IMG/VR virus record: IMGVR_UViG_3300017971_000207
Coordinates: 1 to 64,000 of that record
Length of the DNA stretch: 64,000 nt
Direction: 5' to 3' (one strand)
Source: a virus
The notes under the pieces are model-generated. The model was not told the origin of the DNA and did no database searches. It worked only from the letters and a program-made list of their open reading frames with translations. Positions 46,001 to 55,400 of the stretch are shown here, in pieces (position 1 is the stretch's first letter; each line of letters starts with the position of its first letter). A program made the position numbers and the translations under genes.

Positions 46001-47951
46001 GCGTCCCCCCCACGACGCAATAGTCGGTAACGATTAGTATTCGGCCATCGCCCGGTCTGAAGCAATCACGGTACTCAAAAGCGCGAGGAATCTGCTGCAG
46101 GTTTGGCGATCGGCTATTATGAGAGAAGACCCCACAAGCCTCATAGCTCTCATCTACGGCGACGGTAATGTCATAGACCTCACGACTTCCGCAAGCGTAG
46201 ACTTCCTCAATTGTAACGTCTTGCTGTCCTTCAGCTGCCTGTAGTGAATAGCCTTGTGGCCTGAGTGAGTCACCAGCGCGAGGTTGTGCAGATCGTTGTT
46301 CTTCGGATCCCCGTCTATGTGATGGACCGTCAAGTGCTCGGGAATCTCCCCCAAGCCCAACGCTTCGGCCATCACCACGCGATGAACGAATCGCCTCTTG
46401 CCATTGTGCAGGCAAGTCAGATACCCATAGCCGTCGTCGCACAACCCCTTCCAGTTGTGGTGTTGCTCCCCCTTCTTGCCCCACATAGGATTCTGCTCCC
46501 CCGTCTTTGATGCCGAGTAACGCAGAGCTGCTAACGCCTTGCGCTCGGCCTCCGGCATACACGATCGTACCACATGCGACACGTTGTGAAACGTAGTCCC
46601 CAGCCTCTCGGCAACCTCTGTAAGCTTCAACATCTCCGGGCTCCGGTACAGTTCCAGAACATCCCGACGATTCTTCGCGTCCCCTGTCCAAGTCTTTGAT
46701 ACACTCATCTACCATACTCCGAACAGACTTCCACTCACCAGTAGAGAGTAGCAATCTGTGGGAGCCCGTGCACTTCAAAACCTCCCCGTTACTAAAACGT
46801 ACCGAATATATCCTCTCGGGTTTAAGCCTCCAATGGTTGATGACGGGCTGCCAACGCTCCTTGTGGGTCCATACCTGGTCACCGACAGAGACATCCTCCA
46901 TCCGCTTCATACCCTCAGTGGTCCGGATAAGTGTCTCCCCCACTACGCAGCTGTATCGGCCAGCTCCAGTTAGCGGCCAGAAGTCCGTATGGATACGACC
47001 CGTCTTCGGATTGATGTTCTCCAGGTAGTCAGGACCGAAGGAGTCGACACGCTTCGATATCTTGCGGTACTCGATGAAGAGCGGGAAGACCTTATGCTTT
47101 GTCGCGATCATCGCAATGAGGTCTGACGCCGTGCTCGTCAGACCAAGATTAAGCGGCTTACCGTTCGGCTTGGTCAGCGAGTTAAAGCTCGCGAGCACCT
47201 GCTGCGGCGAGCGGTAGTTGAAGCCCGAGGGAATGCCCGGCAGGCTCAGCAGCCCCTTCGGATGCGGCAGCATCACATCCAGCTTATTGCGCAGCTCCTC
47301 TAGCTTACGCTTGTTGGCCTCCGCTACCTTGAGCCACATCTCGCTATCCAACCGAAAGCCGTTCAGCTCTATCTCCGCCTCGGCGAGAGGGGCCCCGAAC
47401 TCGATCAAGGCTATACGGTTGAGCCCTGCCTTGGCCAGCTTCGGCTTGAGCGCGTCCCGCAGCTCTAGGAGGTACGTCACATCCTCCGCCGCATAGTCTA
47501 GCTGCTCTTCCCCAAGCTCGGCCGCCGACCAGTCCGACCCTCCCATGTCCCCTGTCCCTGGCTCTACCTTGAGCTCTCGGGCATACAGGTCATAAAGGTT
47601 GTTCCCCAAAAAGCGGCCATTGTGGATAATCGCAGAGGCCCGAAAGGTATCGAACACAGGCCACAATTCAATACCGTGGTGAAAGAGTAGCCACTTCTGC
47701 TCAAACTTCGCGTTCTGGATCACCTTAATGGCGGAGCCCTTCAGCGCCTCCACCAACGGCCCCATAGTGCACGTCTTGAACAGGTCAATGACGTAGATAC
47801 CCTGCCCTGTGTTGAGCTGCAGCAGCCGTATCTTCCCGTCGCGCGGGTCCAAGGAGGTGGTCTCAATGTCGAGACCCACCACCTTGGCGTTGTCGACCTC
47901 GTTGGCTATGGCCCCTAACCGCTCCGCAGAGGTGACGTATTCATAGCTCAT
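43077..47951 (-). CDS. polA: Family A DNA polymerase (3'-5' exo plus pol) with three inteins; about 589 aa spliced
   Basis: ExoI DIET, NAKFE and YAAED; GRYS|SRSPNLQQIP; motif A DY|SQIELR; motif B RQAAKPVNFGLIYG; motif C VHDE. Confidence 0.96.
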   Translation of the reverse strand: MSYEYVTSAERLGAIANEVDNAKVVGLDIETTSLDPRDGKIRLLQLNTGQGIYVIDLFKTCTMGPLVEALKGSAIKVIQNAKFEQKWLLFHHGIELWPVFDTFRASAIIHNGRFLGNNLYDLYARELKVEPGTGDMGGSDWSAAELGEEQLDYAAEDVTYLLELRDALKPKLAKAGLNRIALIEFGAPLAEAEIELNGFRLDSEMWLKVAEANKRKLEELRNKLDVMLPHPKGLLSLPGIPSGFNYRSPQQVLASFNSLTKPNGKPLNLGLTSTASDLIAMIATKHKVFPLFIEYRKISKRVDSFGPDYLENINPKTGRIHTDFWPLTGAGRYSCVVGETLIRTTEGMKRMEDVSVGDQVWTHKERWQPVINHWRLKPERIYSVRFSNGEVLKCTGSHRLLLSTGEWKSVRSMVDECIKDLDRGREESSGCSGTVPEPGDVEAYRGCREAGDYVSQRVACGTIVYAGGRAQGVSSSALLGIKDGGAESYVGQEGGATPQLEGVVRRRLWVSDLPAQWQEAIRSSRGDGRSVGLGGDSRALDGPSHRRGSEEQRSAQPRAGDSLRPQGYSLQAAEGQQDVTIEEVYACGSREVYDITVAVDESYEACGVFSHNSRSPNLQQIPRAFEYRDCFRPGDGRILIVTDYCVVGGTRVATSEGLVPVENVAVGAEVLVEDGTKHRVSDRISKGVQSVYRIRTKLGYELRATSLHRIRVLDREGAYVWKRLHEIGPSDYVAVQSGRGLSEASSKVVLPPKPSGGVNSKEVRVPGEVSEDLAFFVGYFVGDGNLGSNYLRWVVNAKDPAVHERLLGLCEELFGLRDLHVKEYRGVIETHVNRKQLRDWFVALGVSKGAVPGFLWSSPPRVVGAFLRGLFEADGSAGGDHVKLVSSRRRLIVEVQQLLLALGVLSTRRKERHGEGRRYVGWSLRVPRLFLSRFVETVGFFSWRKQGKLSGLIGRGPVSPTVGSVPNMQERVRELRLEGEVRRLLNNTASLGRSVSFLVAVKLREEHPEVYRELGLSRTVEDGTFFDAVDSIELDGEEDVYDLSVPGPVTYISDGFVSHNSQIELRLAAEVTQDPVLIGIYLRGEDAHRRTASIVAGVPYDEVTKAQRQAAKPVNFGLIYGLGAAKLVVYSQANYGVTITEAQANKFIKRYFDGYPRVRAWQERSLRDAKRVPYARTLWGRRRYLDPETARNEYFNCLDFETEALTRRGWVRGPDLALGDEILTKNPKTGALEWQAPTDLRVFEPVERELTEFKSKSFHAVSTADHRWLVYNKGARKDMERRTSTLSRHGDDRIHRTGRYEGPESSLLSDDFVELAGWWLTDGGIQKTRRVYDRPGKRGPKPSGVSLKLYQSVRANPYKVACIEALLGRLGMRYSKSENGEAGGRMWYFRHPLNEVLVQLCPGRVLTMDLLNLLTARQCRLLLQTMIGGDGWRSDKTAFVSRSREGAEVFQILCTLCGYVGSIKKRDMRKYRPRSPKLKNVPKGTEHWQVTVLNRDKAQVLKKHVRQLKGVFGIWCPIVPNTFFVARRSGHVFITGNTPIQGSGADGLKRSLRNVYFRLKRFGSRAKMVHMVHDEIVVECDDDEELVAQVKLEVEQAMIEGIQPMMRSVPCVAEGDTGRSWAAH
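43341..44363 (-). mobile_element. Polymerase intein 3 (341 aa, in-frame LAGLIDADG-like, ends GN|T)
   Basis: YFN|CLDFETEALT...TADHRW...AGWWLTDG...FITGN|TPIQG. Confidence 0.93.
44772..46019 (-). mobile_element. Polymerase intein 2 (416 aa, in-frame LAGLIDADG) in motif A
   Basis: TDY|CVVGGTRV...GYFVGDG...FLRGLFEADG...FVSHN|S. Confidence 0.95.
46116..46949 (-). mobile_element. Polymerase intein 1 (278 aa) without in-frame endonuclease
   Basis: RYS|CVVGETLI...CTGSHRL...VYDITVAVDESYEACGVFSHN|S. Confidence 0.93.
46154..46708 (-). CDS. Nested +1-frame HTH-HNH endonuclease inside polymerase intein 1
   Basis: GGAG SD 8 nt before the ATG; NPMWGK, HHNWKG, FVHRVVMAE and VHHIDGDPKNNDLHNLALVTHSGHKAIH. 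Confidence 0.92.
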   Translation of the reverse strand: MSVSKTWTGDAKNRRDVLELYRSPEMLKLTEVAERLGTTFHNVSHVVRSCMPEAERKALAALRYSASKTGEQNPMWGKKGEQHHNWKGLCDDGYGYLTCLHNGKRRFVHRVVMAEALGLGEIPEHLTVHHIDGDPKNNDLHNLALVTHSGHKAIHYRQLKDSKTLQLRKSTLAEVVRSMTLPSP

Positions 47952-48913
47952 CCTACCGGCTCACTGCTGACGGCTTCTTTGCCCCCGTCCGTCGCCCGAT
48001 AGGTCCCCTTCCCTACCTTCTCGACCAGCGAGCCTCGCACCAGACGCCGCAGAGCGTTTCGCACCCAGCTGTTCGCCTGCCGGCTCGGAACACCCTCAAA
48101 CACCTCCGCCATCGCCTTCAGAGTCCGCGGATCGCCCCCGGACAAGGTGCCCAGCACGATCACCTCCTTGGGGTTGAGGTCCGCCGCCTCCAGCTGAAGC
48201 GGCTTACCGCTCTGCCCCGAGGCCGCCTTCTTACCGTTACCCTTTCGAGATGTCTTCTTTGCCTTCGCCTTGGCAGCCTTCGCCTTAGCCGCCTTCGCCT
48301 TGGCCTTTGCACGCAGACGCCCTCTAGGGCGTGCCTTCCCATTCCCCTTGGCACGTCGGCGCGGCCTAGGCTGCGGGGGCCCCTCTACCTCCTCCACCAC
48401 AGGCTGTGCACCATCCGCAACAGTGGCCGCAGCGGGCCCTGGTGCGGCTGCTGGCGCGGCAGGCGGCTCGGGCTCGGGTGCGGCCACCTTCGGCGCGGCT
48501 GCTGGCGCGGCAGGCGGCTCGGGCTCGGGTGCGGCCACCTTCGGCGCGGCTGCTGGCGTGGCAGGCGGCTCGGGCTCGGGTGCGGACACCTTCGGCTCAG
48601 CCGTAGGCGTTGGGGGGGGCACCTCCTTCTCGGGGAGTGCCGTTGCAGCCTCAACAAGCATCACCACATCAAAGGTCTGCGCATCAACCAGCTGGATGGT
48701 GGCCTTCTCCCCCTCCTTGACCACTCGACAAAGACGCCCCTCCTCGCGCCCAACCTCCTTAGCCTTAACCAGCTTTCTCGTCGTGGGGTGGAACTCCTGC
48801 ACCATCTTCACAGTGACCTCGCGGTAGAGTCCCTCACCACACTGTACCGCTACGCGGCGCGTGGTCTCTCGTTCCATAGATCCTCCTGTCGACTCGCCGT
48901 GGTTGTGCGGCAA
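47948..48913 (-). CDS. Putative nucleoid/DNA-binding protein (Pro/Ala linker, Lys/Ala tract, C-terminal winged helix)
   Basis: KAKAKAAKAK tract; WVRNALRRLVRGSLVEKVGKGTY. Confidence 0.6.
   Translation of the reverse strand: MPHNHGESTGGSMERETTRRVAVQCGEGLYREVTVKMVQEFHPTTRKLVKAKEVGREEGRLCRVVKEGEKATIQLVDAQTFDVVMLVEAATALPEKEVPPPTPTAEPKVSAPEPEPPATPAAAPKVAAPEPEPPAAPAAAPKVAAPEPEPPAAPAAAPGPAAATVADGAQPVVEEVEGPPQPRPRRRAKGNGKARPRGRLRAKAKAKAAKAKAAKAKAKKTSRKGNGKKAASGQSGKPLQLEAADLNPKEVIVLGTLSGGDPRTLKAMAEVFEGVPSRQANSWVRNALRRLVRGSLVEKVGKGTYRATDGGKEAVSSEPVG
48443..48596. repeat. Three 51-bp tandem repeats (PKVAAPEPEPPAAPAAA)
   Basis: Near-identical GCGGCTGCTGGCGCGGCAGGCGGCTCGGGCTCGGGTGCGGCCACCTTCGGC units. 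Confidence 0.9.
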
Positions 48914-48934
48914 GTCTACCCATTAGCACAGGAG

Positions 48935-48963
48935 ATCGTAACAGGCCGAGAGCTTATTGTCAA
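48935..48963 (-). promoter_or_regulatory. Sigma70-like promoter for the polymerase operon
   Basis: TTGACA-17 nt-TACGAT. Confidence 0.7.
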
Positions 48964-48970
48964 GGGGCGA

Positions 48971-49411
48971 TCACCGGCTAGCAGCAGCAATTATCTCTGC
49001 AGCCTCCTCACGCCAGCTCTGAGTGACGATGTCCAGGTTCATCGCGGTCTGCAAGGTGCCCGTGTCCGAATACGCCTCGCCTTGCACCTTGCTTATCTCA
49101 CCAGCCGCCATCTTCTGGCGCCAGATATTGATGGTGAGTGGCGAGAAGGTGAAAAATATTGGTGGTGTGGTGTCAGTCGGCCTCTCAGCGGACTCCACCA
49201 CAATCGTACCGTCGGGGCGCTCCTCCACGATATCCCCTACCACCGAGGAACCTCCCATCCCCGCGCCCGACAGATTCAGATACCTGTACCGGGCCTGACG
49301 GCCTCCAGGGTAGACGTCGAAGCCCTCCACCACACCCGCGACGACCTCCCCTTCGTAGGGCTCGATGCCCGTGTAGGAGAGCACATAAACCTTCTCCAGA
49401 TCAAATCCCAT
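48971..49411 (-). CDS. Hypothetical protein following the giant effector gene
   Basis: 146-aa ORF starting 4 nt after the upstream stop. Confidence 0.6.
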   Translation of the reverse strand: MGFDLEKVYVLSYTGIEPYEGEVVAGVVEGFDVYPGGRQARYRYLNLSGAGMGGSSVVGDIVEERPDGTIVVESAERPTDTTPPIFFTFSPLTINIWRQKMAAGEISKVQGEAYSDTGTLQTAMNLDIVTQSWREEAAEIIAAASR

Positions 49412-49415
49412 CGTC

Positions 49416-52400
49416 CTACTCCATCAGAAGGGGCTCGACATACTTCCTGTACATCTCCCCAAGGTTGCGCTCCTCAACCACAAAGTCCTCAATCGGTACC
49501 CCGTTGCAAACATTGATGCCCGCTGCGCGGCACTTCTCAATAATGACCTGCCTGTACGTCTTCCCGTGGTAGGGGTCGGATATGTCAGTGACCGTACCAG
49601 AGCAGGTTATCCGGAGAATGCTCCGAACCGGGATACCGTAGCGGACCGCAGACTCCGTGGTCTTGTTCTGCGCCGACGTCTCAAGGTCGTTTATCGCGCC
49701 CTCGATGTTCAAACGCTCCCGCCAATACATACCATCCTTCGGACCCGACCGTTGCGGCGCCGTTATCCCAAAGTCGTCGCCGATCAGAAAGTAATAATCT
49801 AAGCGGCCGATCTCCCGCGGGTGGATGAGCGCCTGAGCACCTCCTCTCGATGCCCAAGGCATACCCGCGCCGGACCCCGCATTAGACGAAAGCTTCTTCT
49901 TCGTGACGATGTAGTTGAGCGCCTGGTCCGCTCCCCCCGTCTTCGTATCATCGTTCTCAGACGTCGCCCCAACGCGCCCAATACCCTGCGTAGCCCGCTG
50001 ATTCGCGCTGATAATCCCAGCAGTCAGAATCGAGTGCACAAACTCGTAGTTGATGCCCTGCACGGCAAAGCGATAGCCCTGCTCATATAGGCGCTTATAG
50101 CGTCCCTTGTCGACGAAGCAGGTGTAGCCGGGAAACACCTCCTCCTCGACAACCTCGTTCAAGTTAACATCCACGCCCGATGCCGCAATGAACTCCTTGA
50201 TCTTCGCAGGCGTCTTCAGCTCCTTCGGCATCGTCGCCCCGTAATAGCTGTCCGACAGCGCATCTGCCGTCTGAGGTGCGACAGACCAGAGCACCTGCAT
50301 CAGCTTGCGATACTCCTTCTCCTCTGGCGTAGCATTGCGCAGCAGCTCCCCAGACAGACCAGGCTTTACCGCCTCCAGAAGACGCTTCAGCGCCTCGTGA
50401 GGCGTCTCGCCCGCCTTCGGGCGCACGCGTGCCCACACACCACCCTGCCACGCATAGCAACCCTGCTTCATCCAGTAGCCTGGGACCTTAAGCTTGTCGC
50501 CGACCTCTAGGTCCCCTGTGGGCCTGTTGTTCCGTAGGCGTAGCGCCTGCTCCGTCGTGTTGTGCTGGCGCGCAACATACTGCCAAGCAGTAAGCGACAC
50601 CTTGGGGGCGCCCCAGACACCCGCGTTGATAATGTCGGTACCCTCCCGCCCAAAGTCCGACGCCTTAACCTTGTGGTTCTTCTCTTTGATCCGGTCTGCC
50701 TTCGCGATATGAAGCTCCGAGCCCTGGTCCGACCAGTACACAGTAGTGATTGGTTGGCTATGATGCTGTCCAGTCGCCACAAAGGCATCCAAGCTGTCGT
50801 CAAAGTTGTTCGGAGGCGTTGGGGCGGCTGACAGGCGGAAGCTGCCGTCCGTGCCGCCATGCCCCGTAAGCAGCTCTCCCCACACGTTAGGCCGCAGCTT
50901 GAGAGCAAACTCGTAGTAGAGCCCCTGAGTATCTTTCCACTTCCTAACGGTAAGATTGTTGCCCTCGACCGCTGCACCATCCGACTCGAAGCGCACACCA
51001 GAACGCCCGAGGTTCATCTTGTGCACCTCCGCGAGGTCTGCCGCGTTAGCCCTGGCGGGCGGATGGGCAATATCGTCCGGGAAGTACAAAGGTACCGGCG
51101 GGGTCGGACCTACCGGAGACGTCACATTGAACGGCTCGACCGGAACATCCATCTTCACGGAGGCTCCCTCAAAGGCCGCCTTGTCGATTAGAACGTGCGT
51201 GTAGTAGCTGCCCGTTACAAGGCCGTGCGCCGTATCGTACGAGATACCCAGCTCCGTACAGATATCCTTGAGCCGCTGCTTCGGGTCCGGCGCATCATTA
51301 GTGATGCACAGCAGCAGCTTCGACGGCTCGGTGTTGTGCTGCTTGGTCTTGACAGTAACGCCGAGATCACTCCCTTGCTTGGTCAGATACTCGGAGGATG
51401 AGAAGGTCTTCTCAATAACAGAGGGGCCCTCGACGGGCTCGTCAGGCACCTGCCAGCCGCCTGCAAAGGTGAATTGCCCTGTGTCCTTCTTCCCCGTCCG
51501 CTCGCGGTACATGAGCGTGATGAAGGTCTCAAAGTCCCTCCGCAGATCAAGCTTTCGGCGGCGCGCCCGCTGGAGGAACTTGCGCTGCTCCGCCGGCTTG
51601 CCGGGCCAATACGACTCCGCATAGGGGCGCAGCATCTTGATAAACTTCGCCGTGGGGATGGCCTGCAGCTTCATAACGGTTTTCTCGATCCTACTTAGAT
51701 CGAGATCGAAGTCATTATTCCGCCACCCTACCCACAGCTTGTTGTAGACACTCCCAACGTTGTTGGGGTCGTACTTCCCAGTTAGCTCATCCTTACCCAG
51801 GAACAGGTAGCATTGCTCCTTATCGACACCCTGCACCGTGCCGTCCGCCAGACGGATAAACTGCCCCCCATGATTGTCGTTCTGCGACATCAGCCAATCG
51901 ACCACCTGCTCCTGAACGAGGTAAGAGCGGTCTGCCGCCGATAGCTCCGTAGCCGGGTGCTTGTATTGCTGCTCCAAGGTGGGGTTGGTGCTGTCCAGCT
52001 CTACTAGCGGCTGCAGCGTGCCCACGTGGCCGCGAAGCTTGATCACCCCGACGGGGATAGCATCTGGGTTGACCGTCTTGGCCACCTCGTAGAATATCTG
52101 CTGAGCTGCTGCCGCGAAGGGTTTGATCTCCTTGTTCCAACCCTTTGTGATGGCCGGCTTGAACATCCACCGCTTACCGGTCTTCTTATCGGTGTAGATG
52201 TATTTCTCGCCCGCGCCGCCGAGGATGCTCTTGGCGCTCTTCCCCTCGTCTAGGTCCTTCTTCTTAGGCAGCTGCGGCAGCTTCGGCATCGCCAGGACGA
52301 CCTCCTCAGCTGACAGGGAGACCGGCGGCAATGCCGTGGAAGGCCCAGGCTCAGGGAGAACCTCGGGCAGCGGGTAGGTAGCTGTGGGTCCTGGAGGCGG

Positions 52401-55400
52401 CGCAGAGACTGGTACCTCTTCCCCGGCCTCATCCGTCACATCCTTGTAGTTGCCCGTGCTGACAATGTGCAGCTTAACCTTCGCCGGCTTGGTCGGGTCC
52501 GCCGTGTCGTAGATGGCCCCATCGTTGGAGTCGACATATTGCGTCGGCCCTAGACCGATAACCTGAAACACCTCGCTCGTGAGCGGGTGGACGAACTCGT
52601 TTACGGCTAGGCCCTGAGCAGCTTGGTCTGCCTCCGTGTTCGACTTGGAGGGGACCGGCTTGCTCTTCGGAGGCTTCGGAGTCCAAGGCATCACGAACAG
52701 CCCCTTTGCCTCCATCTCCTCCACGGTGGGCGTCGCCGGTGCCGGCGCGGGCTCGGGAGCCGCTGCCGGAGGCGACGGTGCTGGAGCCAGCGCCCCGGTC
52801 ACCTTGGCCTTCATGACCTCGTTGGCCTTCCCGGACCAGGCGTGCGCTAACGTCTTGTCCTCCTCAGCATGTATGGCATAAGCAGCATAAACTTGAGCAG
52901 CTACACTAGCCGGTCCCCACTTGGCTAGGCCCTTCAGCACATCATACGCCGCCTTGACCTTGTCGGCCTGGTCCGCTGTGAGCTTGGAGGCCCCAAGGAG
53001 CAGCCCAGCATAGCTCTCCGAGGCTATCGCCGCCTCAACGTCCTCGTCCGACACAGGCTCCCCAGAGGTACCCACTATCCCAAGTATCTCTGCCTGACGC
53101 ATGCACCAATCCGACGCCGTCTTATCCTCCCCATTCATCTCATAGGCGAAGTAGATCGCCCCAGCCGCTGCTAATGCATCCCCTATCTTGGTGTTCACCA
53201 TCGAGGTGTGAAAGTTCATCATCAGAGTGGCAAGCTCTGAGCCGTGAACAGCCGCTGGGTAGCAATTATAAGCCTCGTTGAGATACCACTGCACGTTGGT
53301 ATCCGCGCCCTTCTCCTTCGAGCCGCCGGGCTCCACCGCACGCCAGTGCAGATAGAGTAGGTAGCTAAGAAGCGCACGCTCGTTCATAGCCTCTGCGGAC
53401 GAAGCTAAGAGCGCCGCGTCTATCTGAGCTGCCTGGCCGCCCTCTAAGGATCCCGCCTTGCACTGCTCCGACACCTTGGTGTAAAGCGGCCCGAGATTGA
53501 TGTCCGCAAGAAGCTTGTCAATGTCGCTCTGTGGAGCTGGAGCGGGAGCGGGGGCCACAGGGTCGAGAGGCTCAGGCTCTGGCGGGTCCGTCAGCTCCGC
53601 ACCCGTGGTGAGCATACCTAGCTTGGTCTGAACGTCCGCGAGGTCGTCCTCATACATGGTCGTCGCCGCAGCATTCCCCTGAGCCTTATACGACGCGATG
53701 ATAACCTTCAGCAGGCCGGCATACTTGAGCCAGCTCTCCTCATCCTCCGCAACCACCAACGCATCCTTGATGTCCGCCCAGTTAGAGGCGCTGAGGTAAG
53801 GCGCGAGGGGAAGCAGGTCCTCGGGATTGGCCTCCGAGTACGTTAGCACCGTCTTGAGTGCTGCGTTTACCTCCTCCTGCTGCTGGCTCTTCCAGTCGGC
53901 CGCATCAGGCGAGCCAATCTGATCGTGATACTTAGCCACCACGGCCAAAGCCTGCGCTGCCTTGACGTGCTGCTTGTCCTTCTTTAGCTGCGTCAGCGCC
54001 GTGGTTAGACCGCCAAGCTCGAACGCATTAAGATTGCCCGCGCTGGCCTTAGCATATAGGCCCTCGGTATCTCCCTTCTGCGTAGCCTCCATGGCCACGT
54101 TGAAAAGATCCCCCGCCGCTAACGCCTGCTCCGCGTTGTTCTTTGCCTGCTGCCAATACTCCTCGTGAGCATCGTTGCCCTTGGCCTTGTGGTAAGCCTC
54201 CGCGACAGCTGCCAGCTTGACCATGTCCGCCCACCCTGTGGATGCCTTAGCCTCATAATACGCTTGTGTAACCGCAATACACGACTCGTCTAGAAGACCG
54301 CCGCTCGTAGCAGCCTCCTGCAACACATCGAGCTTACCGCCCGCCAGTGCTGCCGATGCCTCGTCCACACTAAGCACCTTGGGAGCGGGCATCGCCGCTA
54401 CAGCGGCCGCGTTGTTGGCATCAAACTGAAGCTTGTCCGACTCGGCCTGCCAAACCGCTGCCGTCGCCTTTGCACCCTGCGCCTCGCACGCGTCCGCAAT
54501 CGCCTGAGCCTTCTGGGCCGCTGCTGCCTTGTCGGCAGTCAGCTGCAGCTCATCAAACTCTGCAATAAGCCCAAGAACATCTGCGTCCGACGGCACAGCA
54601 GCCTTCGCAGCCTCCTCAGCCTTCTCCTGCTCCACGGCCGCCACAGCCTGCCAGTTCAGCGCTGAGAAAGACTGACCCTGCGACGCCCACCCCTTCGCTA
54701 TCTCGCTAGCGATCTCCGCCTTCTGCGCGGGCGTTAACGCCTCGGTGAAGTCCTGTACAAGGTCGTTGATCTCCTCCTTCGTATAGGCTTCCCCTCCAGG
54801 CTCCTCAAGCGCTGCCGCCTTCACCTGTGCCGTAGCCTTAATATCTTCGGCAACCTCCTTCCACATCCCACAAGCCTCGTCGCCGATAGCGCCGAAACCA
54901 TCTGAGATTTTCAGAGCCAGATCCAGAGCCTTTGCGAGATCACCTCCCTGGAGCGCCGCCGCAAACGCGCTCTGCTCAGCCTGCAGCTCCTGGAAAGCGG
55001 GGGCGGACATGTCCGCCTTAGCTGCATAGACGTCCGCCTCCTTAAACCAGGCCGCGGACTTCTTCCCATCATCGACCACCTGCGCGTAGTAACCAGCAAT
55101 GAGGTGCGCCAGCTTAGAGCACTGCTCCCACTCCCCCTTGCTATCCGAGGCAACCAGGAGGTCCATCAGCTTGTTGAACTGGTCCGAGGTTACCTTACCC
55201 GCATCGATGTCCTCGGGCTTGCCCGCGGCTAAAGCTCCCGTGAAAGCCGCCTCCTGCTGCTCAATCGCAGCTTTCTCCGCCGCCTTCTCGATGGCCTTCT
55301 TGTGCATCATGATCTTGAAGCCGAAGGCCCCCACCCACTGCTGACCAGGCTGCGTTGCGTAGTAGTCTTTCAGGAGCTGAAGAACCTGAATGGCTCCTTC

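Noticed and set aside
48443-48596. Tandem repeats as a CRISPR array
   Set aside because: They are contiguous in-frame coding repeats without unique spacers; no cas genes are present.
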